A stretch of 64,000 nt of DNA, taken from Tubulanus polymorphus. Taxonomy: Eukaryota; Animalia; Nemertea. Under the pieces are notes generated by a model. That model made no database searches and had not been told where the DNA came from. It was given only the letters and a program-made list of their open reading frames with translations. Position 1 is the first letter of the stretch; each line of letters opens with the position of its first letter. The translations under genes were made by a program, and so were the position numbers. The stretch spans positions 13,814,275-13,878,274 of the forward strand of contig NC_134032.1 in the NCBI RefSeq assembly GCF_964204645.1, written 5' to 3'. Shown here in pieces: positions 38,001 through 53,000 of the stretch.

Positions 38001-41000
38001 TGTAAAAACCTAAATAATAATCTGAATATTTTGTTCCGCAGCATTTTGACGATACAACTCCGTCTAAGAACATGATTTGTGTAATCGATAACGGTAAAGG
38101 TATGAACCCGCGACAGTTGAATAACTGGGCCGTTTATCGACTGTCAAAGTTCAACCGAAATACAAAAGACTCTCGTAATAAAACCGGCGACGAATCGGGC
38201 AACAGGTAAGACGCTTACCATCGATAAAACACAGATATCTCAGGGTTTCCAGCGGTCCTTCCAAATCCTTCTTTGTCCTTCTTATAGAAAATGTTAGGAC
38301 AAACATCATCTTTGTCCTTCTTTTTGACTCTAAGTCCTTCCTTTTAATAAAAAAGTCCTTCCAATGTTCCAAATTTAATTTTCGCAAGCGATTTTGTCAC
38401 AAATTCAACTGTTGAAGTATTTTACTACTTAGGCCTGTTAATTCAATTGTCAGTAAGATTGGTCATACAGGAAAATGTTATCGGAATTATCCTGGAATGT
38501 TTGACTGGTCTACATGACTATAGTATTCCAGTGAAGGCATTGAGAAAATGCTTCCTTATGGGCCCTCATTTTACTAGAAAGAACAAAGTCCAAAAGTCCT
38601 TCCTTTTGAGTCTAAAATTGCCGAAAAAGTCCTTCTTAGTACTTCTTTTTACCCTGGCCTTACCACTGGAAACCCTGTATCTGCGTTGAGACGATAATAT
38701 AACAACTAGAATCCCGCAATAAATGCAAGAAAATAGTAAAGTCTGAAAATGTTTCCTTGAGCAGGTAGTTTATTCAACTTTTCGTCTATATACTATTAAT
38801 CATCTTCAGGAATACTGAGATACTACCAGCTCAAGGAAACATTTTTTTCGGACTAATTTTCTCGTCTTCATTGTAGGATTTTTGTTATATTAGGATACTT
38901 AGTTTTTTAATTTAAAATTTTTTTGTAATTTCTGTTTTACAACGTAGTCAATTTTCTTACCGAGAACATGAAGTCGGAAATGGAAACCGAACTTAAACAA
39001 CCAAAAATTTTTTCAAAAACTGTTTCAATTGTTGTACTGTAGACTATGTTTAACCGTGTATCAATTACCTCAATAAGTCAATTTGAAGTGAAATCAAAAA
39101 TGAGATACTATGAAAACTATTTCAGCTATCTATGTTATTGAATCATGAGAGAAAAAGTATCTGCCTCCCTATCTATCCTAACAGTCCTCTTTCTTAATTT
39201 CACCGATCAGAATCCGTTTGTCTGTTTTTTTTTCCTAGTGATAAAGAAGACGCGGATGATTCCAGTCAGACTGTGAACGCGCCTCGTTCGTTAAACAGCG
39301 ATATTTCATACTTTGGCGTCGGTGGCAAGCAGGCGATATTCTTCATCGGCACGGCAACTCGGGTAAATACAATTCTACAAGATGGAAATTTTATGAGGCT
39401 ATTTACGGTCAGGAAATTCAGGGAATTCCGAATTTATTTTTCTCTACAAAGAAAGGGAAGTGTCAGAGAATTTGAATTTCTGGAGTCTTTATGTTTTTGC
39501 TGTTTAGTGGCACAGCAGTGAGAAACCTCTTGATAAGAAACAACCCTCACTGAGGATATCTTATAATTCAATCAGGGAATTTGAATTGTTGGTGTCTAGT
39601 TGTTCTTGTTGACAAGTGGCACAAGGAACCTCTTGATGTGAACCAGCTTCCACTGAGGATATCTTGAAATCTAATCAGGGAATTTGAATTTTTGGTGTCT
39701 TCTTGTTTTTGCCAAGGATAAGTGGCAACAAGGAACCTCTTGATAAGAAACGGTCTTCACTGAGGATATCTTATAATTTGATCAGCGAATTTGAATTTTG
39801 GTGTCTTCTTGTTTTTGCCGTTGATGAGTGGCAACAAGGAACCTCTTGATAAGAAACAGTCCTCACTGAAGAATTTAATCAGGGAGTTTTTGGTGTCATG
39901 TTCTTGCTGGTGACATGTGGCACAAGGAAATTCTTGATAACAAACAACCCTCGCTGAAATCATCTCTTAATTTGATCAGGAAATATCGATTTTTGACGTC
40001 TTCATGTTTATTTTTCTCGTAGATGATCACGAAACCTAAGAATTCTCGAGACGTTCACGAATTGTGGTTGAGTAAAGAAGATTTCGAACGCAAAGAGAAA
40101 AACCGCGAAGCAATTTACAGCGGGGTCATCAGAAACAGAAAGGTACGAGATCTAAACTGGAACGTCGCATTGATACATGTTTGCCGCTGACCTGGAAAAC
40201 TCAGGGAATCAGAAAAATCTAAGAAAAACTCTGGCAATTTTGTTGAATATTACAAAAAAAACCTGGAAAACTCAGGGTCCGGTTCCACAGTTCAGAGTTA
40301 AGATTTGACCCTGAGTTAACTCATTGTAAATGAACTAATTTTAACTCAGAGTTAACTCTAACTCACAACTGTGGAACTGGGTCCAGGGTATTTGGATAAT
40401 TTGATTTAATTTTAATTTTGTTTTTAATCGTACAGCCTAGTACAATGCTCATTGTCGAGCGGAACAGAAAAAAAGAATTGTTACTATATACAAATTTTAT
40501 CCTGATAAAAAAAATAATGAATATGAATGTATGATATGAAGTAGCCTGCACTCTTAGTGGATACAGAAGGATTCTATAAGTGAAGTGATTTCAATTTTCC
40601 CTTGGGTAATTTTTGATTTCGAAATTAAACGCTATTGTCAATTGACCATGTGTTTCGTTATCAATACGAGATTCAATGAAATATTTTTTGATGTAATATT
40701 TGGTGAAAGGTCAGGACCCAGTTCCACAGTTGTGAGTTAGAGTAAACTCTGAGTTAAAGTTAGTTCATTTTCAATGTTTAAACCCAGGGTCAAATCTTAA
40801 CTCAGAACTGTGGAACTGGACCCAGGGAAATATCGGGGAATTTAGGATTTGCGTGAAGCACGTTTTGTATCGTATTTCACAGGCTGGTGACAACAGTCAT
40901 ATAAACACTGACGACGAGGTACAGCGTCAGTTGATCGAGGAGGAAACGAAAAAACCATCGGAGGAAAGTTTTACAGCCGTTCTCATACAGGGTATCAATC

Positions 41001-44000
41001 AAACTCACGTGCCGTATCTGAAAAACCAACTGAAGGAATGGACCAGACAACTGTCGTTAGTATAACTAGTTTCCCCCTATGATATCATTAATCGTTTCAG
41101 TGCTGACTCATTGATACCTGAAAGTGCTGGGCTCGGTTTCACAAAAAAGTTAAACTCAAATTTTTGGTGCAATTGCCATTGGTTACTTCATTTTTTCAAT
41201 GAGGACAACAATTCAAACTTAACCGTGTTAGGCTTTAACTTTTTCGTGAAACTGGGACCGGGAGATAATTTGGCGATTTAATTTTGGGCCAAGTGTGTTG
41301 AATAACGGGTACGCCACTATAGCGTGTCTACACCGTGGTGCGATGTATTGTTAATAATATTTCACCATGTGTGACAGGTACTGCCATCTTTCAATAGTGA
41401 TAAAAACTTATTACTTATTACATCAATACATTGCGGTGCGGTGTTCTAGCCAAGTCTATCCCTTATTTATACACCGCACTGTGGTGTAGATACACTGAAA
41501 GGGTTCATAGGTAATGGGGTACTCTGGCAATTGAGGGTTAGCCGCGTGGTTACTCTGATCTTCCGAGCTTAAATATCTTCAACACTTCGTTTTCAGTCAT
41601 ATTTATCACTATTATTTGCACGGTCCATCTGGCAACACGTCGGCAAATGACAGCAGTTTAACACAAACAGCAGACGGATTCAAAAACACCGATATCATCG
41701 TAAGTTTTCAAATTACGTATATTTTAGTTGTGAAATGTGAAACTGAATCCAGCAGTCAGTAACACAGTCATGGCTTAGATTTAAGACCAGTCCAAGCTCA
41801 TTTTGGTTCTTATTTAACAACTTAAGACAGCATTCTAACTGAGCTCATTTTGGTTCTATAACAAATTTAAAACATATCCAGTCTAAGGTCATTTAGCCAA
41901 CGTAACAACTTGAGAGACCAGTCTTAAGATTTTAGACCACCATGGACTCTTAGCCACAACTGTCTAACTGGGCCAAAGGGACTTGTAGAATGTGGTGTTT
42001 AAGAAACCTGGCCCCCAAATCCACCGTTGAATTTCAAAGTGAGAAATTTATTTTTTGCCAGATCCTGATTAGATTAGGTGAACTCATTTTGTACTTGAAT
42101 TGAACATAGGGAACTTACCTTACCAAAAGTTGTTGATTATTTCTGCAGGTGAAGTTATATACGCGAGGTCAGGCGGAGCCACGTGTCGTGAATCTGCGTG
42201 AGATCGATGATGACATGCAGTCGTTGTATATTCAAACGGCGGTTTCCAGTTTCGAATTCAAAGCGACAATAGAAGGCACCGGCGTCGTCGAGGGTATTCT
42301 ACGCTATCATCCGTTCCTGTACGAGCGAGAAACCTACCCGTCCGATGCCCTTGACCCTCGTGGTAAGTCGGCAAAATTGATGAAAAAGATGTAATTTTCA
42401 GTTGATATTTTAGGAACTGCTTTCCCTTTAGATTGTTATCTCTATCCAATCGCCTGGTTGTGGTTTTCGCGCGAAGAAAAATTGAATTTTAGATTTGCTC
42501 TTTTAGTAAAATCTGTTCTGATTGGTCCGTATAGGAGAGGTTTGGGTTAATTCTACCAATCAGAATTAAGGATGCTTGATTCCAATTAACTTGAATTGAA
42601 AAATCTGTTAATGGTGCTGGTATTTTTAGCAGCTTGTAGTGCAGAATGTCTTTCTCTGCTATTACCCGTTATTCTATGTGGGTGGTTGATATATTTTGGT
42701 GGTCATTTTCAATTCTATAAAGATTTTCCTTAGCTTATCTTTGATTGGATCCATTGGGCTTAGTTTTTAGTAGTTTTTAGAAAAAATGATGGTAAAGTTT
42801 GGTCCTATAAATCCCCTCTTTAGCCAGTGGCCCAACCTGCGGTTGACTCTGACCCAGCCTGTCACCCCTCCAATCCTCAATTGAACTGGTACGACCTTAT
42901 CACCCTTGTAATCAGTCATTCCTATGGGGCAACTCCAACAAATCCGAGTTGACTGGATGCCTCCAATTTTACCCTTTAATTGATGACATGCTGACCAGTA
43001 ATCAGACCTAAAAGTCACCGGTGGTCAAACCCCTGGTGCCAGTTACACAGACATGCCTCAAATTGAAAACCAGTCTAAGACCTTCTTAGATGTATAAAGT
43101 CAACAAAGACCAGTCTTAAGATTAACTTTAGATCATGTCTAGGCTGAAGTCATGACTGTGCAGCTGGGCTACCTACTGTAGGTCAGGTCTATGTTGACAA
43201 GTGTTTAAACCCCGCCTTCCTCTATCCTTAAAAACATATATGAAATTTGACCCAGATAAAGAACAGAGAGAGCGTTGAACTGACAACCCTTCAAACGGAT
43301 CATTAAATGAATTCATAATTAACTCATTATCGTTTAAATCATTTTCAATCATCGCTTTCTGTTTCACAGCTTTGATGTCGTCAGGGCAACCCGGGGAAGG
43401 TAACAATGAAAACCCCCCTCTCGTCTATCGCTGGTCTCATCGCAATTCGATACCAGGTTTTACACAGTTCTCCCTCCTCCCCCCTCTATGTTTCGGACGA
43501 ATTCTTCGTGAATTCGAGTTAAGAAATTAAGATTCGAAAATTCTAACATTCATATTAGAATCACATTTCTGATAAACTACGGCCAGAAATATCAATTGCG
43601 AATCACAATCTCTCTACCGGCCGCTTCTATCAGGTTTACAGATTATACTATTCCCGAATAGGTTGAGCGTATTCTGGTCAGAAAAGAATTCAGGAATTAA
43701 TAGAGACCGATAGAAACGTGCCATTGCATTGAGTTATAGATTGAGATTGATGAAATGTTGCTTCCTTTATGATACAATCACAATGATGCGATTATCGCAA
43801 ATTGTTAACCGAGTTTAGTTTTCAGTCTATAGAAATCGAAACCTCTAGGTACGAATTGCGATTGGGGCCTTTTTCGATGTGTTTTACTATGGCTGTATTT
43901 ATTTTTAACTGTCATGATTATTTCTGGTCAACAATTTCAGCAAATCTCGCGTATAGACGAAAATTCTAATTTCTACCGGTTAAGATTTAACTGCTATTTT

Positions 44001-47000
44001 AGGTTTGAATTTGTAGCGAGGTTTTCTGCTATTTTTGCTGCCTTGCAGGGTTCGTAGCGGTCCTTGAAAGCGGTCGCGGAATAAGACTGGTCATGGAGGC
44101 TATGAACCCTGTCCTTGGTTTCTTCTTAATATAATGTGTTTCATACATACCACGAGTGTTTAACATGGAATGATGTGTTTTTTCTTTAGATTTTGTTTTA
44201 TCATAATAATCCTCAGTTAAATGTATTTATTATGAAAATTCCCTCTTACCCCTAACTATTTGTTTGTAAAATGAGCTTAAACTGGTTTTAAGTAAGATTG
44301 GTTCAAGATGGATAAAATGAGCTTAGACCGACTGGTCTGAAGTTGTTTCATTGGTTGTAGGACTCAGACCGGTCTTAAGCTTGGACCCCTGTGACTGGTC
44401 CATCCCAGCAACAGGAATTTGAAGATTTTTGAATCCTTGGTTTCGATGAAACATTTCCTACTTGGCCTAAATTCAGATTAGAATTAATTTTACCTGCCCT
44501 CTCACCTGCCAGACATTCAAACAAATTATACAAACTTATTAATCCACCCATTTTTTTGTGTTTTTAATTTTTTTCAGTTTCTTCCGGTAACCGAACATGC
44601 TTTAAATAAGATTTTTCACAATTAATTTTCTATTGAAATTTGGCAGAGTCTAGAACTCACCTGAGGATCTGATTCCACTGTTAAAATGAATTCCACTGTT
44701 TTGAATGTTTTAACCGTCGAACCAAGTCTTTAACGTAAAATCCTTGATCTACGGTTCACTCAATTGTGCTGAATTGTGGAACTGGGGTTCTGCTCTATCC
44801 TCCTTTAAAACTAACTCATTCCACTCTCTGTATCCACCCTTAGTATCCACACATAATCATCACATCTCATTCTGCACATTTTTTTTAAAGAGTCAAAAGT
44901 TAAACCACATAAGGGTAATTGGTACTGACACTATTCTCCTAGCTACCAGAATTGCACCAGAAATAAGGGATCTATATTTTAATCACTTAAGATTTGCTTA
45001 ATATTTCAATTGATTCAAATAATTAACAAACTTTTTTTCTCCAATCACTTTAACTATTTTCAGGTGCACAGATTCTTGATGGTACTAAATGAATATATAT
45101 TTCTTTCAAAGATTTTTGAATATGACTTTCGTATCTACCTATTATCGATGTTGTACTACAACGAACCGAGTTCCAAAGTTCAGGTGGATAGTAATTGACT
45201 CCAGAAATCTGACTGAATTTACATCAGTTTGACTCATAACTACGGAACTGGGTTCAAGTTTCTCAACGAAAGATTTTTAACCCCTTCTTTTAACGTTTTC
45301 ATAATTGTGACCCCTGCGTTCATCTTAAAACTTATGACAGGTTGAAAACATTGTTGCCCCCTCCCCCCATTCCCCCTTCATACCCGTATGCAACCTCTGA
45401 ATAACAGCTCTGTATTTAATATCTATGTACATATACCTTATATTTACTACGGCTTGGATAAAACTTTAAACCAGACTCCGTGATTGGAAATTCACTTATT
45501 CTTACACAAGAGTCATAAGTCCAAAAACTGTTCACAAGTTGTTAGGATAGCTATAAATTGAACGAAGATGATCTTAAACTGGTCTTAAATTGCTGTGCAA
45601 CTGACCCCAGGAGCTGAATTATTTTAAGTTTTATCCAGGTTACAACGTACACATTAGTTTTAGAATTATTTTATTTCATTATATGTTACCCTCTGCACAT
45701 GTTTTTCTAATCTTTTACCTCAAATATTTTCAAACATTCATGTAATTGATATCGTAAAATCTAATTTGTCCTTATATGAGGCGTACACGGCCAAGTGTAA
45801 GTCAGTGAGAAAAATTACCGGAACCAATTATTGAATTTCGATTATTTTCTGTCTGTGTAAATTTCAACAACTTGAAAAAAAATTCAAATTTTCGCAAGTC
45901 ATCTCTGTGTGAAATGGGCTTATACGTGCCTCTAAGTTGCTTCCGTGAAAATAGTGAAATTGAAGAAAGAGATGTTTATTTCTGAGTGATTGTTATTTTT
46001 GTTTGTAGCCGATGTGGACGCCGATGACGACCACGATTATACGGTATCGGATACTCGACCTGCGCGCGGTCGTCGACCGATATTCGAATGTTACTGGAAC
46101 GGTCGACTGATTCCGTATACCAGTATCGAAGAGTAAGTAGTCATCAATCCTCCCCCTCCCCGCAACCCTGGGGCCAGTTGCACAGTCGTGACTTAAGTCA
46201 AAAAGTGGTCTTAAATCTTAAGACTGGTCTTAAGTTGTTAGATTGGCTATATAACTAAGTTGGTCTTTAGACTGGTCTTAAGTCTAAGCCATGACTATGC
46301 AACCGGCCCCTGGAACTGGGTCCAGTTTTTGGTCGAAACTGAATGAATAAATAAAAATAAAGTCAAAAGCTTCTCTAAGCCCGTTCAGTCGCTGTAAGCA
46401 TTTCTGTTTTGGGTTGAAACCGAACAAGTTGTGGATTAAATTCTTCACACTTGATATTTCTGACATCCTACGATGCAGTGTATTATAAGATACTGTATTT
46501 TGCAGTTTTGAATGGTGCGCTATGCCCAAGAAAAGTAAAGTGGTCCCGGTGGAATGCTATAACAGGTAAGGATTAAGGTTTTCAAGTAGCATGAAAATAT
46601 TACTTTTCTGAAACTTGGGAGACACGGTGGATTCTGACAATGAATGATGTCATATCCCAAAAATATACTCTCTTCTATACTCTCTTCTAAGTTATTTGAA
46701 TCGAGTCTAGTTGATTTGAATCGAGTCTAGTTGATTTGAATTGAGTCTTGTTGATTTGAATTGAGTCTTGTTGATTTGAATTGTATCTTGTTGATTTGAA
46801 TTGAGTCTTGGATTGATTTGTTGTAACTTTTTGCGATCTGACTGATCTATTTATTGATTATTTCAGGGTTTCCGGTGTTCTATGGACTAACGATAAATTT
46901 CAAGTATCGACGAACAAACTGACATTCATCGACCTTGAGATGAGGTTACGAGACAAGCAGGCGGTTTTCAGTCGTGTAGGAGGCACTGCTGGACACCACG

Positions 47001-50000
47001 TTAGTAGCCAATAAGATTCTGGAGTCAGTTACATAGTTCTGGGTGTTAAAATGACTCGGGGGTGGGGGGGGTAGGGTCGGGGGGGGATTGAGATCATTAG
47101 AACTTAGAACAATAACCACACTCAAACATGGTGAACGGATAATCAGATAAAAACCAACTATCTACAAATTAAAAGAATTTAAAAACAAGAATCTATTGAT
47201 TCGAACAATCTAAAATATATAAAATACCTCACTCAAGGAATTATGTGTAATCACAAAGAAAAATCAGGGAAAACTGGACGGAAAGTGGCGCCACCCTGTG
47301 ATAAGATTAAGATTTCAAATCTCTGATTTTATTCAGGATCGAAGAACCGCGATTGATAAAGAATTTCTCAACTGGTTGAAAGAATGCCACGAACAGCAAG
47401 ACAAACAGATCAAATTCTGCGGTTTTCAAGGTCACGTTGTGCGCACCGATTTGCCGAAAAATAAGCAGACGCCGTGGGCGGAATACGACAGTATCGAGTG
47501 GGACGGGAAGATGTTTAAAACCGGGCAACTGGTAAGTGGAAAGATTCCCACGTGCTGGGGCGGATCCAGGGACTAATTTTGAAGAACTTGTCAAACCCCT
47601 AGAGGGCACTTCGATGTCTGAGAAGGAAACATAACTTGTAACTGGACCTCAAACCAGTCTCACAAGTCTCCAGGGGCCGGTTCCATAGTCAGGGCTTAGA
47701 CTTAAGACCGTTCTTAAACCAACTTAGTTCTATAGCCAATCTAACAAGTTAAGACCTGACTTAAGATTTAAGACCACTTTTGGTCTTAAATCTTGACTAT
47801 GGAACCGACCCCTGAATCTGCTCCTGACACGCCATGAGTGGAATACTCTATTGCCACAGTAGTTGACGTCCTTCTGCACACAAGCAACACCTGGTGGATG
47901 CTTGGAGTAGATCGCAAAATCCTGCTGAATGAATCATATTTATTTTATTTTCAGACTAAGATCGTTAGGACGGTACCGATCACGTACGGAAAGATAAAAC
48001 GGTTTTTATTATACGGAGATCACGAGGATGATGTATTCGCGACGGGGGGCGATATGGAAATCTCACAGGAACCGTCTGCTTTATATGACGAACTGAAAAT
48101 ATTCCCGCTCGTTAAATTGGACCGACACGCGACGCAGACGGCTTGTCGTAAATATATCGAAGAGGAAGAGGCTCGGTGAGTTGATTTAAAAATTGAACAG
48201 TCGCCTGTTCTCGATTGTCAAAATCATGTGGCCACTGACCTGTCAAATATGGAAAACTCAGGGAATCAGAAAAAAATCTAGAAAGGGAAACTCCAAGGGA
48301 TTTGTATATGGATGGAATGCAGACACCTTGGATGATGTGAATTTGGATGATGTTATTGACCATGTTTTTCTTTATCTATTATTTTTTATTTATTAAAAAT
48401 GAATAAATTGTAGCATTTTAAACCTAGAAACTCCTCAGATTCACTCAGGGAATATTGCGTTTTAACATCGAAAACTTAGGGTTTTGTAAATGGTCAGAAA
48501 GTGGCGCCATCCTGTGCCCCGGTATCGTACTTAAATTTATCATAACCGGTAATCGGTACGTTTTATAGGTTACCGTTTCAACTGGAACTCGATTGGCCGG
48601 AGGGTAACGCCGTATCTGATGGAGAAAAACGCCCGGCCGGGCAAACAATCGGCGATATTAAAGTATCGATTCTCAATCGGAAGGGTGAAAATATCGGAAA
48701 GTTACCGGGCACGACCGGGCAACAGAAAAAACTCCTCGTCGAATTGAAGATCATCTGGCACGGTAGGTCTTCAAAAACATTTCATTGTCAAGAATTCTAT
48801 ATCGATCAATTATCTATCGACGGAACTGTTCGCTTGTTTGTTTCACAGCGCCATCTGGTGATGAAGTGATCGTATCTCATATAAGTCAACACGGTAAAAG
48901 TTGGCCGTATTGGTTCCGTAAAATGGGTGAGTACGTCTGCTGACCTTGAGAACACTTGTTTCTATTAGCGTAATAAAGAAAGGTCATTTGTAGTCATTTT
49001 GACTGCCTGGTGGCTATCTTTATTTGTCTTATACATATGGCAGTTTTCAGTTTGATTTATTTTCAATCATGTTGTGCTTCTTTTTTGTTGCAGAGAATAT
49101 TAAAAATCTAGGCGAACACACCCTTCAGTTACAAGTCGTTCTCAACGAAAGTGGAGCTAATATTTTCGCCGGGCAAGAACTACCGTCGCATAAACTGACG
49201 TTTACTGTTACAGGTAAATAGAATTTATTCACTTCATAGAATTCATTCTCTTTTATTTTCCCTGCGGGGTGTTTGAACTGTATTACGTGATCCTTGCGCC
49301 GTACAAGAACTATTTATCATTGTTATTACTATTACTTCATAGACGCGAAACTAATAAATTTGAAAAAGTATTTACTTTTGGAAAAGTTAAGGATTAGACC
49401 TCGATTAGTGCTTACTTCTCGGGGAAAGTGTCGAAAAGTACAGGGAATTTCTACTGTCAGACGACTGAAACATTAATAGCCAAGAATGAATTTGATACCC
49501 AGGACCCAGTTCCACAGTTCTGAGTTAAGATTTGACCCTGGGTTAAAACATTGAAAATGAAATATAAGTTTAACTCAGAGTTAACTCTAACTCACAACTG
49601 TGGAACTGGGTCCTGTCTGTCTCCAACAGGGTTTTAAAGACAGGAATTGAACAAGGTTGAAGCTGTGTCTTGACGTGACAACGCGAAAAAAATTTCATTC
49701 GTCGCATTGTCATGTAGAAGTTTTTGATTGTTTTTTAAACAGAGGCGTCAGCTCAGAAGTTTACCGTAGGTTTATTAGACGGTCCATTCCGTATCGGTAC
49801 GACGTTCAGTATTCCGCTCGAGTTCCAGGATGAGTACAATCACGCTACAAAACCAGATAAAAATAACAAACCAACTCTACACGCTACGTGAGTATACATC
49901 AATCCCCCTATGACATCATCGTTGGATCGATCTATGTATTGACCATTACAAAAATGATGACTTACATGAATCTCCCTATGACATCATCATTGGATCTATC

Positions 50001-53000
50001 TATGTATTGACCATTACAAAAATGATGGCTGCATCCAAGAATCCCCTTATGACATTATTAAATTGACCTCATCCCAAAAAATGTGGCTCCCTCATAATTC
50101 CTTAACTCCCCCTATGACATTATAAATTGATCTAAAGCTTATTAAAAAAAAAAATATGGCTCCCTCCTTAAGTCCCGCTTTGACATTATCAAAATGATTT
50201 AAAGTCCTGCCAAAGAAGATAATTCATTCCAATAATCGGGCTATGACTTCATCAATTATCTTAAGTGAAATAGAATGTTATATAGAAAACATGGCTACCA
50301 TAAATCCCCCTATGACATCATCATCAAATTGATCGTTGTACAGAACGTTCCAAAATAGATCGATTAATTCCTTAATGACCGCACCAATCTGCAGCCTACA
50401 GACCGTGCTACCTCATTAATCCCCCCCTGTGACGCGTTCGATTTTACAGAGGTCTCGAATTGACTTACGAAAAAACGGAACTCCGTGGAAATGCGCTGAT
50501 AATCAAAAACATCGTCGCTATGGGTACGGTTCCGATCAGCACCGGTAAAAACTTCAATTTGATCATCCGCGTTCCGAATCTGGCCGACGATTCGCAAACG
50601 TTGAAAATTCGTATGTTACCGGGACCGCCGCGTAAATTACTGGTGGAGCCGACGGCTGATACGATCGAAATAGAGAATTATTCAAATCTGGAGTTTAGAG
50701 TCGCTGTACATGACGTCGCGGGTAACATCACCTGTCAACCAAAACTTAAAGCTGTTTGTAAGGTACGTACCTATATCATGTGGATATATACCTATATCTT
50801 GTGGAGCGGTGTGGCCGAGCGGTTAGAGCGTTCGGCTCTGGGAAGCCAGGTCGTGGGTTCGAACCCCGTACATTGCCGTAATGTCCTCGGGCAAGACACT
50901 TGATCCTCATCGTCTCTCTCCACCCGGGAGTAAATGGGTACCTGGCACGATAGATGACTCTTGAGGGCTTGTTAGCAGTTCGGTGTTACTTCTCCCCAGG
51001 GAAAGATGACTGATACATGTTAGAGTATAAAATTGGCCGGGGTAATAATATCGAAAAATGTGAAGCGCTCTGAGCAGCCTGGCTGGATTAAGCGCTATAT
51101 AAGACACATATTATTTTTATTATATTATTATCATTATAATTATCTTTATGATTATATTATTATTATTTTTGTTATTGTTATTATTATTATTATTATCAAT
51201 GTTATTATTACTAGTGAGTTACAGTAGTTGCTATTGTTATTATCCTTGTATCCTCATCAATTATATCGTGTTCTTATTAAATCATGCACGGGCATCACCC
51301 CTCCTCATTAGGTACAGCCCTTAGGGCTTGGGGATATCCTACTTAAATGTATATATTCAGTAATCATGTGTAATAATTGTTATTAATATGTTATTATGCA
51401 TTTGAGAACATTTTTTCATTCATTAAAACAAATGTTAAGATCATTTTGGATCTGTAATCAAACTTTGTCTATTCATGCGCATTTACGAACTGTCTGCTTT
51501 TGTTGATATTTACAGTTCACTGGTGCAGCTAATATCCCGTCATATTCGGTTGATCTGTCGGGCAGCGGTCAGGGTGTTCTCACCGGGGACTGTATCGTTC
51601 TGCCGAAACTAAAAGAGCCCGTTCAGATGAAAGCAAAAATTGACTTACAGGTAAGAAATAACGTCCGTTTAGAAAGAATCGGATTCGAGTCCTGAATTGC
51701 GAGTCACAGGGGTCAGATTGTTTAGAAAATTGTAATAAGATTTTGAAAAATACCTAAAAGAAATCATGAAAATATGTGTCAAAATATTTTGATCCTTTTT
51801 TATGCCACTGTGGAACTCTGAATTTATGCACAATCTGTGTTAAAATTTAAGAAATTATATTTTTTTATCCATCTCGATTTTGATCGGTAACTGCTTATGT
51901 TACTGGCATTCTATCTCAACTTTAAAAAATGTGAATAGAATTATCTGAAAATTTGTCGTGAATTTTTATCAATCTGATCCCTGCAGTTAGATTTGACTGG
52001 GTGGAGTTTCACTTGTTTTGATTGACAGTTTGAGCGTATGAATATTACAGGGTTTGAAAGTAGTTCCGTCTGTTGAGAAGTTGTTGTTTATTTACCCGAG
52101 CACGCGAGCAGCCGGACTGCAGCTGTTTTATAAAGATAATGATCGAACGTTGTCGATTCGACCGGGCCAAGAAATACACGCGATCGCCGGTGAAAATATT
52201 CGCGGACTCAGTAAGATAATTTTCATTATTCGTGCAACTTTTGTGTCTCTCGTACAGGATTTGACTCTTTGAGTTTAAAGATTGAAAATCGTTTACTAAT
52301 TTTAACTCAGGGGTTATCTCAAACTCAGGGTCCAGTTCCACAGTTCTGAGTCAAGATTTAACTCTGAGTTAACCCATTGAAAATGAACTTTAAGCTTCGA
52401 CTCTGCCACAACTCTAAAACCAATTGCACAGGCGGGTATTTGGATGTTTTGAAGGGGTTGACCTGAAAATTGGAACGGTCGCTTTATTTTAAAAGGGCAG
52501 GATTGGCAATGTGACGGCTGCAACGTGAAACGTTGTGAGGGTTCTGGTGACCATAGAAAATTTAGGATACAAGGGGGCTTTTCTAGGCCTTATCAGGTCC
52601 CATTTGTCTTTTTACGAAGGCATTTCGGAGGACTAATATTCTAATCTTGAACAGGCTGGACCAGTCCAACCCTCGGCTCAATCCGCCTTTGAATTGGCAC
52701 AATCTATTACTGTGTTATAAAATTTTTTTGATTTTTTCGCAAAATAAAAACGACTGTTTGTGAATTTCTCGCAGCATTCCGTCTGATGGACGAAGCCGGA
52801 CGTACGATCGAAATGGATTTGGACGTCGCGTTGAAGGTGCGCGTGAGCTGGACTCCGAAATTACTGAAAGACTACGTTCTGAAAGGACTTCTGCCGGATA
52901 TTAAAGTACCGAACTCAACGCAGGACACGAAATATTGTCACATCACGTTCATCGACGGGTCCGGTTTAGATTTCTCGTTCAGCGTCGTGCCCGTGCCCGG

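Noticed and set aside
44049-44075. Second possible SMCHD1 microexon after TTGCAG
   Set aside because: No convincing donor, and the sequence resembles the CAGGGTT..CGGTCCTT dispersed-repeat end also seen near 38241.
50801-50880. Possible tRNA gene
   Set aside because: A and B boxes are present but there is no proper acceptor stem, and the sequence continues into a SINE body and tail repeated at 60691.
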